NCBI GenBank assembly: GCA_963790045.1
Contig: CAWBMS010000010.1
Location: forward strand, 57,228-121,227
Direction of reading: 5' to 3'
From: Ignavibacteriota bacterium
GTDB taxonomy: Bacteria; Bacteroidota; Ignavibacteria; UBA10030
Length of the DNA: 64,000 nt
A program made the translations under genes and the position numbers. Position 1 is the stretch's first letter; the number at the start of each line of letters is the position of its first letter. This document shows, piece by piece, positions 11,439 through 20,803 of this stretch. Under the pieces are notes generated by a model. The model was given only the letters and a program-made list of their open reading frames with translations. It ran no database searches and was not told the DNA's origin.

Positions 11439-11475
11439 CGTCTGCGCAATTAAATTTTCGAAGATGAAAGAAATT

Positions 11476-13167
11476 TTATTTCTTTCCCTGTCCCTGTTGA
11501 GCAATTTTTGCCCACGTATCTTTTAACGTTACAATACGGTTAAAGACCGGCGCATTGGGTTTGGAGTCTTTGGCGTCCGCACAAAAATATCCGACGCGTT
11601 CAAACTGGAATCGTTCACCTGCTTTTGCCTTGCCGAGCAGCGGCTCCAACTTTGCATTCGTCAGAACTTGCAACGAAGTCGGATTGAGATTATCGAGAAA
11701 TGTTTTTCCTTCTTCTACATCGTCCGGATTTTCTTTGAGGAAGAGACGATCGTACAATCGCACTTCTGCACTAACGGCATGCTGTGCCGATACCCAGTGA
11801 ATCGTGGATTTCACTTTGCGATTTGCGGTCGGCGTTCCGCTTTTGGTCAGCGGATCGTAGGTGCAATGTAATTCTACAATATTTCCCTGAGTGTCTTTAA
11901 TGACTTGTTCACATTTAATGATGTAGGCATAGCGCAAACGGACTTCATTGCCCGGATACATCCGGTAATATTTCGGCGGCGGTACTTCGCGGAAATCCTC
12001 TTGATCGATATAGAGTTCACGCGAGAAGGGAATAGGATGTGTTCCCGCAGATTCATCTTCAGGATTATTCACCGCGGGCAATTCTTCAACCTGTCCTTCG
12101 GGATAATTTGTGATGACGACTTTAATTGGATTGAGTACCGCCATGGCACGCTGTGCGCGCTTATTCAAATCTTCACGGATGCACCATTCCAGCATGGAGA
12201 CATCAATCAAACTATCTTTTTTTGAAACACCGATGCGGTCGCAAAATTCTCGAATTGATTCAGATGTATAACCGCGGCGACGGAATCCGGCGATGGTGGA
12301 CATGCGCGGATCATCCCAGCCGCTCACATGTTTTTCGTTCACGAGTTGCAGCAATTTGCGTTTGCTCATGATCGTGTAAGTCAAATTCAATCGCGCAAAT
12401 TCGATCTGCTGCGGATGATAAATTCCTAATTCGTCTAAGAACCAGTCGTATAACGGGCGGTGGTTTTCAAATTCCAAAGTGCAAATAGAATGCGTTATAC
12501 CTTCAATAGAATCTTCTAATCCGTGCGCCCAGTCGTACATCGGATAAATACACCATTTGCTTCCTTGTCGATGGTGGTCTTCATGCACGATGCGGTACAT
12601 AATCGGGTCGCGCAAGTTCACATTCGAGGAAGCCATGTCGATTTTTGCTCGAAGCGTTTTCGTGCCATCAGGGAATTCGCCTTTTCGCATTCGTTCGAAA
12701 AGATCAAGGTTCTCTTCAATGCTCCTATTGCGATAGGGACTTTCTTTTCCCGGCTCTGTCAACGTGCCACGCATTTCACGGATCTGATCTGCGTTTAAAT
12801 CACAAACATACGCTTTCCCTTTTTTGATGAGTTGAATCGCCCATTCGAACATCTGATCGAAATAATCGGAAGCATACAATAAGCGATCTTCAAAATCGCC
12901 GCCGAGCCATTTCACGTCATCAATAATCGAATCGACATATTCCTGCTCTTCTTTGGAAGGATTGGTATCGTCGAAACGCATATTGAACTTGCCTTTGTAA
13001 TCGCGCGCAATACCGTAATTCAAATTAATGGATTTTGCATGACCGATGTGCAGGTAGCCGTTCGGTTCGGGCGGAAAGCGTGTGTGTACTCGTCCGTTAA
13101 ATTTGTTGGTCGTTAAATCTTTGTCGATGATTTCGCGGACGAAATCATTTTTTTCTATTGGTTCCAT
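11476..13167 (-). CDS. glnS: glutamine--tRNA ligase
   Basis: 563-aa [20 protein letters not shown] (HIGH) and IMSKRKL (KMSKS-type). GlnRS-length with C-terminal anticodon-binding barrels. Confidence 0.93.
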   Translation of the reverse strand: MEPIEKNDFVREIIDKDLTTNKFNGRVHTRFPPEPNGYLHIGHAKSINLNYGIARDYKGKFNMRFDDTNPSKEEQEYVDSIIDDVKWLGGDFEDRLLYASDYFDQMFEWAIQLIKKGKAYVCDLNADQIREMRGTLTEPGKESPYRNRSIEENLDLFERMRKGEFPDGTKTLRAKIDMASSNVNLRDPIMYRIVHEDHHRQGSKWCIYPMYDWAHGLEDSIEGITHSICTLEFENHRPLYDWFLDELGIYHPQQIEFARLNLTYTIMSKRKLLQLVNEKHVSGWDDPRMSTIAGFRRRGYTSESIREFCDRIGVSKKDSLIDVSMLEWCIREDLNKRAQRAMAVLNPIKVVITNYPEGQVEELPAVNNPEDESAGTHPIPFSRELYIDQEDFREVPPPKYYRMYPGNEVRLRYAYIIKCEQVIKDTQGNIVELHCTYDPLTKSGTPTANRKVKSTIHWVSAQHAVSAEVRLYDRLFLKENPDDVEEGKTFLDNLNPTSLQVLTNAKLEPLLGKAKAGERFQFERVGYFCADAKDSKPNAPVFNRIVTLKDTWAKIAQQGQGKK

Positions 13168-13270
13168 AAGTGTTTCAATTCAATATTCAAGTTAAAGTAT
13201 AGAATAGTATAAGAAAAAAGTTCGATAATGAAAACTATTAAATACAGGAAGAAAGGGAAGAACGATAAAT

Positions 13271-13305
13271 AAAAAACCCGAACTGAAAGACTCAATCCGG
13301 GTTTT
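13271..13305 (-). terminator. terminator-like hairpin after glnA
   Basis: On the minus strand, AACCCGG ... TTCGGGTT (7 bp including one G-U, 14-nt loop) is followed by TTTTTTATTT. Confidence 0.5.
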
Positions 13306-13332
13306 CCCTTTCGAAGGTAATCGAACGATTGC

Positions 13333-15423
13333 TTAGACTCTGAAGAGGAGGTCAGCATACGTTGGCAACGGCCAGATGCTTTCTTCCACAAGAGTTTCTA
13401 ATTTATCGCCGTCCACGCGTAATTTACTCATCGCAACGAAAACCACATCGCGATAATATTCGGCTTGCTTCAATGCGCCGTCGCCAATTTCCCCGTCTAA
13501 CGTCGCTGTCAACGCATCGATATTTTTTGAGAACGAATCGATGGTGGTCGTCAGTTCCGTCAACAGTTTTTCAGCAGCGCTCGATTTTGCAGAAACGCTT
13601 TTGAATGCTGCAATATCAGCAGCAATTTTTCCGGCAAAAGAAAGAGACGCCGGAAGAATTTCGCGTTTTGCCATATCCAGCATCGTCAATGCTTCAATGT
13701 TAATGACTTTCGTGTAACCTTCAAGGTGGATTTCATACCGCGAGTGTAATTCTTCTTTGCTCAGCACGCCATGTTTTCCATAGACCTTCACGACTTCAGG
13801 AGTAATCAACGTTTTAATTGCCTCAACCGTGGATTTGATGTTCGGCAATTTCCGCTTCTCCGCTTCAACAACCCAATCCGGTGCGTAGTTGTTGCCGTTG
13901 AAGATAATACGTTTGTGTTTCTTCACGATTTCTTTTACAATCGCTTGAGATTCTGCATCGACGTCTTTTGCTTTTTCAAGACGATCAGCGATGCGCGATA
14001 ACGTTTCGGCAACAATCGTATTCAAAGCTGTATTCGGTTCTGCAATGGAAGCAGAGGATGCGACCATGCGGAATTCGAACTTGTTGCCTGTAAATGCAAA
14101 CGGCGATGTGCGGTTGCGATCTGTCGAATCTTTTGGCAACGCAGGCAGAGTTGTAACGCCAAGTTTCAATTCGCCGCCTTGCTTGGAAGATTTTGCTCCG
14201 CCATTATTTTCGATTTGTTCTAAAATGTCGGTCAATTGATCGCCAAGGAAGATGGAAATAATTGCCGGAGGTGCTTCATTGGCGCCAAGGCGATGATCGT
14301 TTCCTGGATTGGAAGCTGCAACGCGCAAAACAGCTGCATACTCATCAACGGCTTCAATTACGGCAGCAAGGAACAATAAAAATTGTTCATTGTCGTGCGG
14401 TGTTTTTCCCGGCTCAAGAAGATTCTGTCCGTCATTAGTGCTCATAGACCAGTTGTTATGTTTTCCAGAACCGTTGACACCTGCGAACGGTTTTTCATGA
14501 AGCAATGCAACTAACCCATGGCGGTTTGCAACTTTTTTCAAAGTTTCCATTACCAATTGATTATGATCGGTCGCAATATTCGTGGTGGAAAAAATCGGAG
14601 CAAGTTCATGTTGTGCAGGGGCAACTTCATTGTGCTTTGTTTTGGAAAGAACGCCGAGCTTCCAGAGTTCTTCATCGACTTCCAACATAAATGCTGCAAT
14701 GCGTTCTTTTAAGATGCCGAAATAATGATCTTCTAATTCCTGACCTTTAGGCGGCTTTGCGCCGAACAAGGTACGTCCGGTAAGAATTAAATCTTTTCGT
14801 TTGTCGCACAACGCTTTATCGATAACAAAATATTCTTGTTCCGGTCCGACGGTTGTCGTTACTTTTGTCGCTGTGGTATTACCTAAAACTTTTAAGACGC
14901 GAACAGCTTGTTTGGAAAGTGCTTCCATAGAACGTAACAACGGTGTCTTTTTGTCGAGTGCTTCGCCGGTATAAGAAGCGAATGCCGTCGGAATATACAA
15001 GGTGTTGTTTTTGTAGAATGCCGGAGAAGTTGCATCCCAAGCCGTGTACCCGCGTGCTTCAAATGTTGCACGCAATCCGCCGGAAGGGAACGATGAAGCA
15101 TCCGGTTCGCCTTTAATCAATTCTTTACCTGAAAATTCCATGATAATCCGACCATCGGCGGTCGGAGAAATGAAAGAATCATGTTTTTCTGCCGTGATTC
15201 CTGTCATCGGTTGAAACCAGTGCGTGAAATGTGTTGCACCTTTTTCGATTGCCCAATCTTTCATAGCGTTTGCTACAATATCGGCAACCGATGGATCTAA
15301 CGCCAACCCTTCATCGATGGTCTTTCGCAATGCTTTGTATGTGCTCTTTGGTAGGCGTGCTCGCTGAACAGCATCATTGAACACGTTGGAAGCGAATAGA
15401 TTTTCTAACGATTCTTTACCCAT
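13333..15423 (-). CDS. glnA: glutamine synthetase, type III
   Basis: 696-aa ORF of GSIII length. N-terminus ...[52 protein letters not shown] is typical of Bacteroides-type GSIII. AGGAG sits 8 nt upstream of the ATG. Confidence 0.92.
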   Translation of the reverse strand: MGKESLENLFASNVFNDAVQRARLPKSTYKALRKTIDEGLALDPSVADIVANAMKDWAIEKGATHFTHWFQPMTGITAEKHDSFISPTADGRIIMEFSGKELIKGEPDASSFPSGGLRATFEARGYTAWDATSPAFYKNNTLYIPTAFASYTGEALDKKTPLLRSMEALSKQAVRVLKVLGNTTATKVTTTVGPEQEYFVIDKALCDKRKDLILTGRTLFGAKPPKGQELEDHYFGILKERIAAFMLEVDEELWKLGVLSKTKHNEVAPAQHELAPIFSTTNIATDHNQLVMETLKKVANRHGLVALLHEKPFAGVNGSGKHNNWSMSTNDGQNLLEPGKTPHDNEQFLLFLAAVIEAVDEYAAVLRVAASNPGNDHRLGANEAPPAIISIFLGDQLTDILEQIENNGGAKSSKQGGELKLGVTTLPALPKDSTDRNRTSPFAFTGNKFEFRMVASSASIAEPNTALNTIVAETLSRIADRLEKAKDVDAESQAIVKEIVKKHKRIIFNGNNYAPDWVVEAEKRKLPNIKSTVEAIKTLITPEVVKVYGKHGVLSKEELHSRYEIHLEGYTKVINIEALTMLDMAKREILPASLSFAGKIAADIAAFKSVSAKSSAAEKLLTELTTTIDSFSKNIDALTATLDGEIGDGALKQAEYYRDVVFVAMSKLRVDGDKLETLVEESIWPLPTYADLLFRV

Positions 15424-15454
15424 TTTTATGATCTCCTTAGTTTGTGATTATTGC

Positions 15455-15502
15455 ACCTTATTTATTTATGTTCAAATGTAAAATAACCTTATTTATTTAT
15501 GT
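15455..15502 (-). promoter_or_regulatory. glnA promoter region: two perfect 17-bp direct repeats flanking a TAnnTTTG -7 box
   Basis: ACCTTATTTATTTATGT occurs at 15455-15471 and again at 15486-15502 (31-bp period). Between them the minus strand reads TACATTTG (complement of 15473-15480), which matches the Bacteroidetes -7 consensus TAnnTTTG. Confidence 0.55.
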
Positions 15503-15741
15503 ATGCAACAAAAAAAATCGAATATTAATAAATATTATTAAATGAAAGAACTATTACCGATAATAAGCTAACATAAAATGTAAATGAATTTCCTTAAAAA
15601 AACTTAAAAGAATGCATCTCCATGAAAACATCTTATCATTGTAATTTGCGCACGAGCATCAATTGGCAATTTCTCTATCTTGCATTTAGTCGTATCTCCA
15701 AGTATCTTTCATAAGGAAATTCGAAACAAAAATAGGTGAAG

Positions 15742-15769
15742 GCGTTTCGAGAAGCGAAGCGCTTTTTTT
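15742..15769 (+). promoter_or_regulatory. intrinsic-terminator-like hairpin inside the gltX 5' leader
   Basis: GCGTTTCG (15742-15749) pairs with CGAAGCGC (15755-15762), loop AGAAG, then T7 (15763-15769), 13 nt before the gltX ATG. There is no upstream + strand gene for it to terminate. Confidence 0.5.
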
Positions 15770-15782
15770 ATGTTAAGAAGAA

Positions 15783-17240
15783 ATGAATATGAGTAACGAC
15801 ATTCGAGTGCGATTTGCACCAAGCCCAACAGGATATTTGCACGTCGGCGGATTGCGTACGGCGCTGTATAATTATCTTTTTGCAAAGCATCAAAACGGAA
15901 AATTTATTCTCCGCATCGAAGATACCGATCAATCTAGAAAAGTTGAAGGTGCCGTTGAAAATTTAATTCAAACGCTCAAATGGGCTGGTATTGATTACGA
16001 CGAAGGTCTAGACAAAGATGGTGGTTTCGGTCCATACGTTCAATCACAGCGGCTTCCAATCTATCAAAAGCATGCAAAAGAATTAGTCCAACAAGGACAT
16101 GCGTATTACTGTTTTTGTTCTGCTGAACGCCTTGCGGAAGTGAAGAATAAAAACAAAGAATTAAAACTGCCGTTTTCCTACGATCGCCACTGCCGGAACA
16201 TTGTGCCGGAAGAAGCGCAGCGAAGAGTCGATGCAGGTGCGCCGCATGTGATTCGTATGAAAATGCCATTGGAAGGTGAGTTGACGTTTGAAGATGTTAT
16301 CCGTGGCAAGGTAACGATAGGATTCAATGTGCTGGATGATCAAGTCTTGATCAAGTCCGATGGATTTCCGACCTATCATCTTGCAGTTGTGGTGGACGAT
16401 CATCTTATGGGCATTACGCATGTCATTCGCGGGGAAGAATGGCTCTCAAGCACCCCGAAACATATTTTGCTGTATCAATTTTTCGGATGGGAGTTGCCGG
16501 TGATGGCGCATTTACCGTTGCTGTTGAATCCCGATAAATCCAAACTCAGCAAGCGGCAGGGCGATGTTGCGGTGGAAGATTATCGCAACAAAGGATATTT
16601 AAAAGAAGCGCTCGTGAACTTTGTTGCGCTGCTTGGTTGGAATCCAGGCGATGACCGTGAAATATTTTCGATGGAACAATTGGTCCAAGAATTTTCATTA
16701 GAACGTGTTGGCAAATCCGGTGCGGTATTTAATGTGGAAAAATTGAATTGGTTGAATCAGCAACATCTTCGTTTGAAAACGAAAGAAGCATTAGCTTCGA
16801 TGATGAAGCCAATGCTTGCCGCAAAAGGCATCACGATTGAAGATGATGATTATCTTGCATCGGTGATCGAATTATTGAAAGACCGCTTAACGTTCCCGCA
16901 GGATTTTTTGAACATTGCGGAATATTTTTTTGTTGATCCGAACAATTATGAAGAAGCGGCGATCAAAAAAAATTGGACAGCAGAAACGCCCGCACGTGTG
17001 CGGCAGCTTGCCGATGTTTTGGATGCTTTGAGCGTGTTTACCCATGATTCGATTGAAACAGCGCTGCGTTCATTAGCGGAACAGTTGCAAATCAAAACAA
17101 GCCAGCTTATCCATCCAACACGTCTTGCGGTATCAGGAAAATCTGCCGGGCCCGGATTATTCGAAATGATGGCGGTGATGGGAAAAGATATTGTTGTGCG
17201 AAGATTGCGGACGGCAGCAGAAAAAATATCTCCCGCATAA
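15783..17240 (+). CDS. gltX: glutamate--tRNA ligase
   Basis: 485-aa ORF. RFAPSPTGYLHVGGLRTALYNYLFA (HIGH-type) and KLSKRQG (KMSKS). Confidence 0.94.
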   Translation: MNMSNDIRVRFAPSPTGYLHVGGLRTALYNYLFAKHQNGKFILRIEDTDQSRKVEGAVENLIQTLKWAGIDYDEGLDKDGGFGPYVQSQRLPIYQKHAKELVQQGHAYYCFCSAERLAEVKNKNKELKLPFSYDRHCRNIVPEEAQRRVDAGAPHVIRMKMPLEGELTFEDVIRGKVTIGFNVLDDQVLIKSDGFPTYHLAVVVDDHLMGITHVIRGEEWLSSTPKHILLYQFFGWELPVMAHLPLLLNPDKSKLSKRQGDVAVEDYRNKGYLKEALVNFVALLGWNPGDDREIFSMEQLVQEFSLERVGKSGAVFNVEKLNWLNQQHLRLKTKEALASMMKPMLAAKGITIEDDDYLASVIELLKDRLTFPQDFLNIAEYFFVDPNNYEEAAIKKNWTAETPARVRQLADVLDALSVFTHDSIETALRSLAEQLQIKTSQLIHPTRLAVSGKSAGPGLFEMMAVMGKDIVVRRLRTAAEKISPA

Positions 17241-17290
17241 ATTGTTTTTCGTTACATCGTTCTCTATATTTATCCGCGCATTATATCATT

Positions 17291-17680
17291 ATGAGCAAAA
17301 AGCACCATACCATGCAGGGAATTATTCGTTTGCACAATGCCGTGTTTTATGCCTATCACGGTGTTTTGACGGACGAACAAAACCTTGGCGGAAAATTTGA
17401 AGTCGATGTCGAACTGCATTGTGATTTTTCAAAAGGCGCACAGAGCGATCGATTGGAAGATACAGTCAACTACGAGCGTGTCTATGATTCTATTCGTACG
17501 ATTGTGCTGGAGAAAAAACATTTATTGCTCGAGTCGCTTTCGAGTACCATTGGAAAAACAATTCTAGAAAAATTTTCCTTGGTGCAAGAAGTAATAGTGC
17601 GCGTTCGCAAACCCGGTGCGCCTGTGAAAGGTGTTATTGATTATGTGGAAGTTGAAATAACGGAGTCACGGAAATCGTAA
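17291..17680 (+). CDS. folB: dihydroneopterin aldolase
   Basis: 129-aa ORF. ...IRLHNAVFYAYHGVLTDEQNLGGKFEVDVEL... is typical FolB. Immediately upstream of folK. Confidence 0.88.
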   Translation: MSKKHHTMQGIIRLHNAVFYAYHGVLTDEQNLGGKFEVDVELHCDFSKGAQSDRLEDTVNYERVYDSIRTIVLEKKHLLLESLSSTIGKTILEKFSLVQEVIVRVRKPGAPVKGVIDYVEVEITESRKS

Positions 17681-17685
17681 TACCT

Positions 17686-18199
17686 ATGGCTCGTATTTTC
17701 ATCGGTCTCGGGTCGAATGTCGGTGAGCGGCTGGCAGTATTTGCAACACGCATTAACATTATTGAATGCCGTACCCGCATTGCGATTGGTCGCGTGTTCG
17801 TCCGTTTATGAAACCGAACCGGTCGGCCAAAAAGATCAGCCGATTTTTCTCAATGCCGTCGTCGAGATTCAATCGGAGGCGCCGCCTCAAGAATTATTGC
17901 GGGTTGCAAAAGAAATAGAACAACAAATGGGACGCACCAAAACAGAACGGTGGGGACCAAGAGAAATTGATATTGATGTGTTGTATTACGGCGATGTGGT
18001 GTTCAAGGATGCCGATTTGTGTTTGCCGCATCCCGAAGCCGCGAACCGGAGATTTGTATTGATTCCGTTAAAAGAAATTGCGGCAGAATTTGTTGATCCG
18101 CTGCATAAGCGTACGATCGATGAATTATTGCGCTGCTGTCCGGATACAAGCGCTGTTCGCCGATCATCAAAACTTGTGTATCAGCAAATGGAGAATTAG
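17686..18199 (+). pseudogene. folK: 2-amino-4-hydroxy-6-hydroxymethyldihydropteridine diphosphokinase (HPPK); one frame break near the 5' end
   Basis: The ORF track shows only 17717-18199 (MSVSGWQYLQHALTLL...). ATG at 17686 encodes the canonical HPPK N-terminus MARIFIGLGSNVGERL in the -1 neighbouring frame. Dropping one base near 17731-17737 gives MARIFIGLGSNVGERL(A/Q)YLQHALTLLNAVPALRLVACSSVYETEPVG. Confidence 0.85.
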
Positions 18200-18202
18200 A
18201 TC

Positions 18203-18856
18203 GTGCAGTTGTCTTCTGAAATACATTATATTGCAATTGAAGGAGTTATTGGTGCAGGCAAGACATCGCTTGCACGTATGTTGTCCGAACGACTCGGCGC
18301 ACGATTAGTGCTGGAGCAATTTGAAGAAAATCCTTTTCTTCCAAATTTTTACGAAGACCCAGAGCACTTTGCCTTCCAAACGCAAATATTTTTCCTTCTC
18401 AGCAGATACAAACAACAACAGGAATTGTATCAGGCAGACTTGTTTCATTCTCACATCGTTTCGGATTACATTTTTGAAAAAGATAAAATTTTCGCATATC
18501 TCACGTTACGTGATGATGAATTGAAACTGTATGAAAATGTTTTAACCGCTATCGAAAAAAGTATTCCGCCGCCCGATCTTGTTGTCTATCTTCAATCTGG
18601 TGTCGAACGATTGTTGGACAATATCAAAGTTCGCGGGCGGGAAATGGAACGCAATATGTCCGATGAATATATCCGCGAATTGAACGAAGCATATAACTAT
18701 TTTTTCTTCCGGTATAAATCTGCACCGCTGCTGATTGTGAAGGCGACGGAAATTGATTTTGTGAACAACCCCGATCACTTTGAAGATTTGCTGGAACAGA
18801 TTCTTCGCCCCAATAAAGCACCGGTCGAATATTATAATCCGTTGGTCAAAAAATAA
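18203..18856 (+). CDS. deoxynucleoside kinase
   Basis: 217-aa ORF with GTG start. P-loop IAIEGVIGAGKTSL, then ENPFLPNFYEDPEHFAFQTQIFFLLSRY, typical of the dAK/dGK/dCK family. Confidence 0.88.
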   Translation: MQLSSEIHYIAIEGVIGAGKTSLARMLSERLGARLVLEQFEENPFLPNFYEDPEHFAFQTQIFFLLSRYKQQQELYQADLFHSHIVSDYIFEKDKIFAYLTLRDDELKLYENVLTAIEKSIPPPDLVVYLQSGVERLLDNIKVRGREMERNMSDEYIRELNEAYNYFFFRYKSAPLLIVKATEIDFVNNPDHFEDLLEQILRPNKAPVEYYNPLVKK

Positions 18857-18867
18857 AAGGCAGGCAC

Positions 18868-19065
18868 GTGCTTTACGAACTTTTTCGTTTTTGTATCAAT
18901 GTATTTATTGTGTATATCGTCTTTCTCATAGCCAAAGATATAGCAAGAATATTATTTGGTAGCAGACAAGCACGCCATACGAAACCGCCTGTCGTTGTGC
19001 AGCCGCATCCGGAACAAAAGCAACCATATCAAGATGTTCAGGATGCCAAATTCACGGAAAAATAA
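18868..19065 (+). CDS. small membrane protein, unknown function
   Basis: 65-aa ORF with one N-terminal TM helix (FCINVFIVYIVFLIAKDIARILF) and a polar P/Q-rich tail. Supported only by ORF integrity and position. Confidence 0.35.
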   Translation: MLYELFRFCINVFIVYIVFLIAKDIARILFGSRQARHTKPPVVVQPHPEQKQPYQDVQDAKFTEK

Positions 19066-19187
19066 TTTTGATAAACAATCGTGAAGAGGATTTATGATCA
19101 AAGTTTTATTTGTTTGATTTCTCTTCAATTGTTGTGTATCTTAATTCAGTTCGTAAGTAAAAAAAGTTCTTTGAACAATTCCTTTAA

Positions 19188-19312
19188 TTCCTATCCGGCG
19201 AGGTAGGAAAGGGCAAATGAAAAGTATTTCAAGTGGTACGTGCGGAGCGTGTTTCATACGCAATGCAAAAGTGTAAAACCCTTTCTCGATAATGCCGGGA
19301 AAGGGTTTTTTT
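19188..19312 (+). promoter_or_regulatory. PyrR-type transcription attenuator (binding hairpin, antiterminator, terminator)
   Basis: Hairpin TTCCTA-TCCGGCGAGG-TAGGAA (19188-19209) resembles the PyrR box ARUCCAGAGAGGYU (10/14). GGAAAGGG occurs twice (19206-19213 and 19298-19305), and each copy can pair with CCCTTTC (19279-19285). The terminator AAACCCTTTC...GAAAGGGTTT is followed by a T-run to 19312 and abuts the pyrR ATG. Confidence 0.6.
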
Positions 19313-19876
19313 ATGGAGGTCACATTGAAAACACAAATCCTTGACGCCGCCGGCGTCCGGCGAACCATCAATCGCCTTGCTCATGAATTGGTGGAGAACA
19401 ACAAAGAGTTGGAAAGCGTTGCACTGGTCGGTATTCGCACACGCGGCGAACATCTGGCGCATCGTCTTGCAAAGTTAATTCACGAGATCGAAGGGAAAAC
19501 AGTACAAGTCGGCATTTTGGATATCACATTGTATCGCGATGATCTGCACGGGCGTTTAGATCAACCTAAATTAAAATCCACGGATATTTTATTCGACATT
19601 AAAAATAAGACATTGATTTTGGTAGATGATGTTCTTTTTACCGGCCGCACAATTCGTTCAGCACTCAATGCATTGATGGATATTGGAAGGCCAGCGCAAA
19701 TAGAATTACTTGTGCTTGCAGATCGCGGGCACCGCGAACTTCCCATCAAAGCGGATTTTGTCGGAAAGAATATCCCGACGTCTCTTGCGCAAGAAGTAAA
19801 AGTCTTGCTTGCAGAAGTGGACGGCGAGGATGGAATTTATCTCAGTGAAGCCGATACGAAGGAGGATGGAAAATGA
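19313..19876 (+). CDS. pyrR: bifunctional pyrimidine operon regulator / uracil phosphoribosyltransferase PyrR
   Basis: MEVTLKTQILDAAGVRRTINRLAHEL...LILVDDVLFTGRTIRSAL (PRPP-binding motif). The ORF-track start at 19292 lies inside the terminator stem, so ATG 19313 is preferred. Overlaps the pyrB start by 4 nt. Confidence 0.9.
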   Translation: MEVTLKTQILDAAGVRRTINRLAHELVENNKELESVALVGIRTRGEHLAHRLAKLIHEIEGKTVQVGILDITLYRDDLHGRLDQPKLKSTDILFDIKNKTLILVDDVLFTGRTIRSALNALMDIGRPAQIELLVLADRGHRELPIKADFVGKNIPTSLAQEVKVLLAEVDGEDGIYLSEADTKEDGK

Positions 19877-20793
19877 AATTGCAAAGCCGTCACTTGTTAG
19901 GATTAGAAGGCGTGAGTAAAGAAGACATCACGCTGATTCTTGATACTTCAGAATCATTTAAAGAAGTGCTCGGACGTCCGATCAAAAAAGTACCGCCGCT
20001 GCAAGGAAAAACAATCGTCAATTTATTTTTTGAAAACTCTACGCGCACACGTATTTCATTTGAACTTGCCGAGCGGCGGCTTTCGGCGGATGTTGTGAAT
20101 TTTGCTGCTGGCGGCAGCAGTGTCTCGAAAGGTGAAACGTTGAAAGACACGGCGCGTAATATCGAAGCGATGAAGATCGATATGGTGGTGATACGGCATT
20201 CTTCAACAGGTGCACCGCATTTTCTCAGCCGTGTGGTGAAAGCAAACATCATTAATGCGGGAGATGGAGAACATGAGCATCCCACGCAGGCATTGTTGGA
20301 TATGATGACCCTGCGGGAAAAGTACGAAACGCTGGAAGGATTGCGCGTCTGTATCGTCGGCGATATTTTACACAGCCGTGTGGCCCGCTCGAATATTTTC
20401 GGATTGAAGACGATGGGTGCGGAAGTTTCCGTCTGCGGACCGGCAACCTTGATGCCGCGTTATATTGAAGACCTTGGCGTGAAAGTCTATTATCGATTAG
20501 AAGATATTATTCCGCATGTCGATGCGTTGAATGTACTGCGCATTCAACTTGAACGACAGAAAAGCGGATTATTCCCGTCGCTTCGCGAGTATCACAGATA
20601 CTTTGGCGTAACAAAAGAAAAAGTTGATCGTGCGCCGAAACCGATTACCATTATGCATCCCGGTCCCATCAATCGAGATGTCGAACTCTCATCGGATTTA
20701 GCGGATGGCGAGCATTCGGTTATTCTCGAACAAGTGACGAACGGCGAAGCGGTTCGTATGGCAGTACTTTATTTACTTGGAACTTCAAACTAA
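19873..20793 (+). CDS. pyrB: aspartate carbamoyltransferase catalytic subunit
   Basis: 306-aa ORF with FFENSTRTRISFELAERRL and HPTQALLD motifs. Confidence 0.94.
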   Translation: MKLQSRHLLGLEGVSKEDITLILDTSESFKEVLGRPIKKVPPLQGKTIVNLFFENSTRTRISFELAERRLSADVVNFAAGGSSVSKGETLKDTARNIEAMKIDMVVIRHSSTGAPHFLSRVVKANIINAGDGEHEHPTQALLDMMTLREKYETLEGLRVCIVGDILHSRVARSNIFGLKTMGAEVSVCGPATLMPRYIEDLGVKVYYRLEDIIPHVDALNVLRIQLERQKSGLFPSLREYHRYFGVTKEKVDRAPKPITIMHPGPINRDVELSSDLADGEHSVILEQVTNGEAVRMAVLYLLGTSN

Positions 20794-20803
20794 GGAGATG
20801 AAC

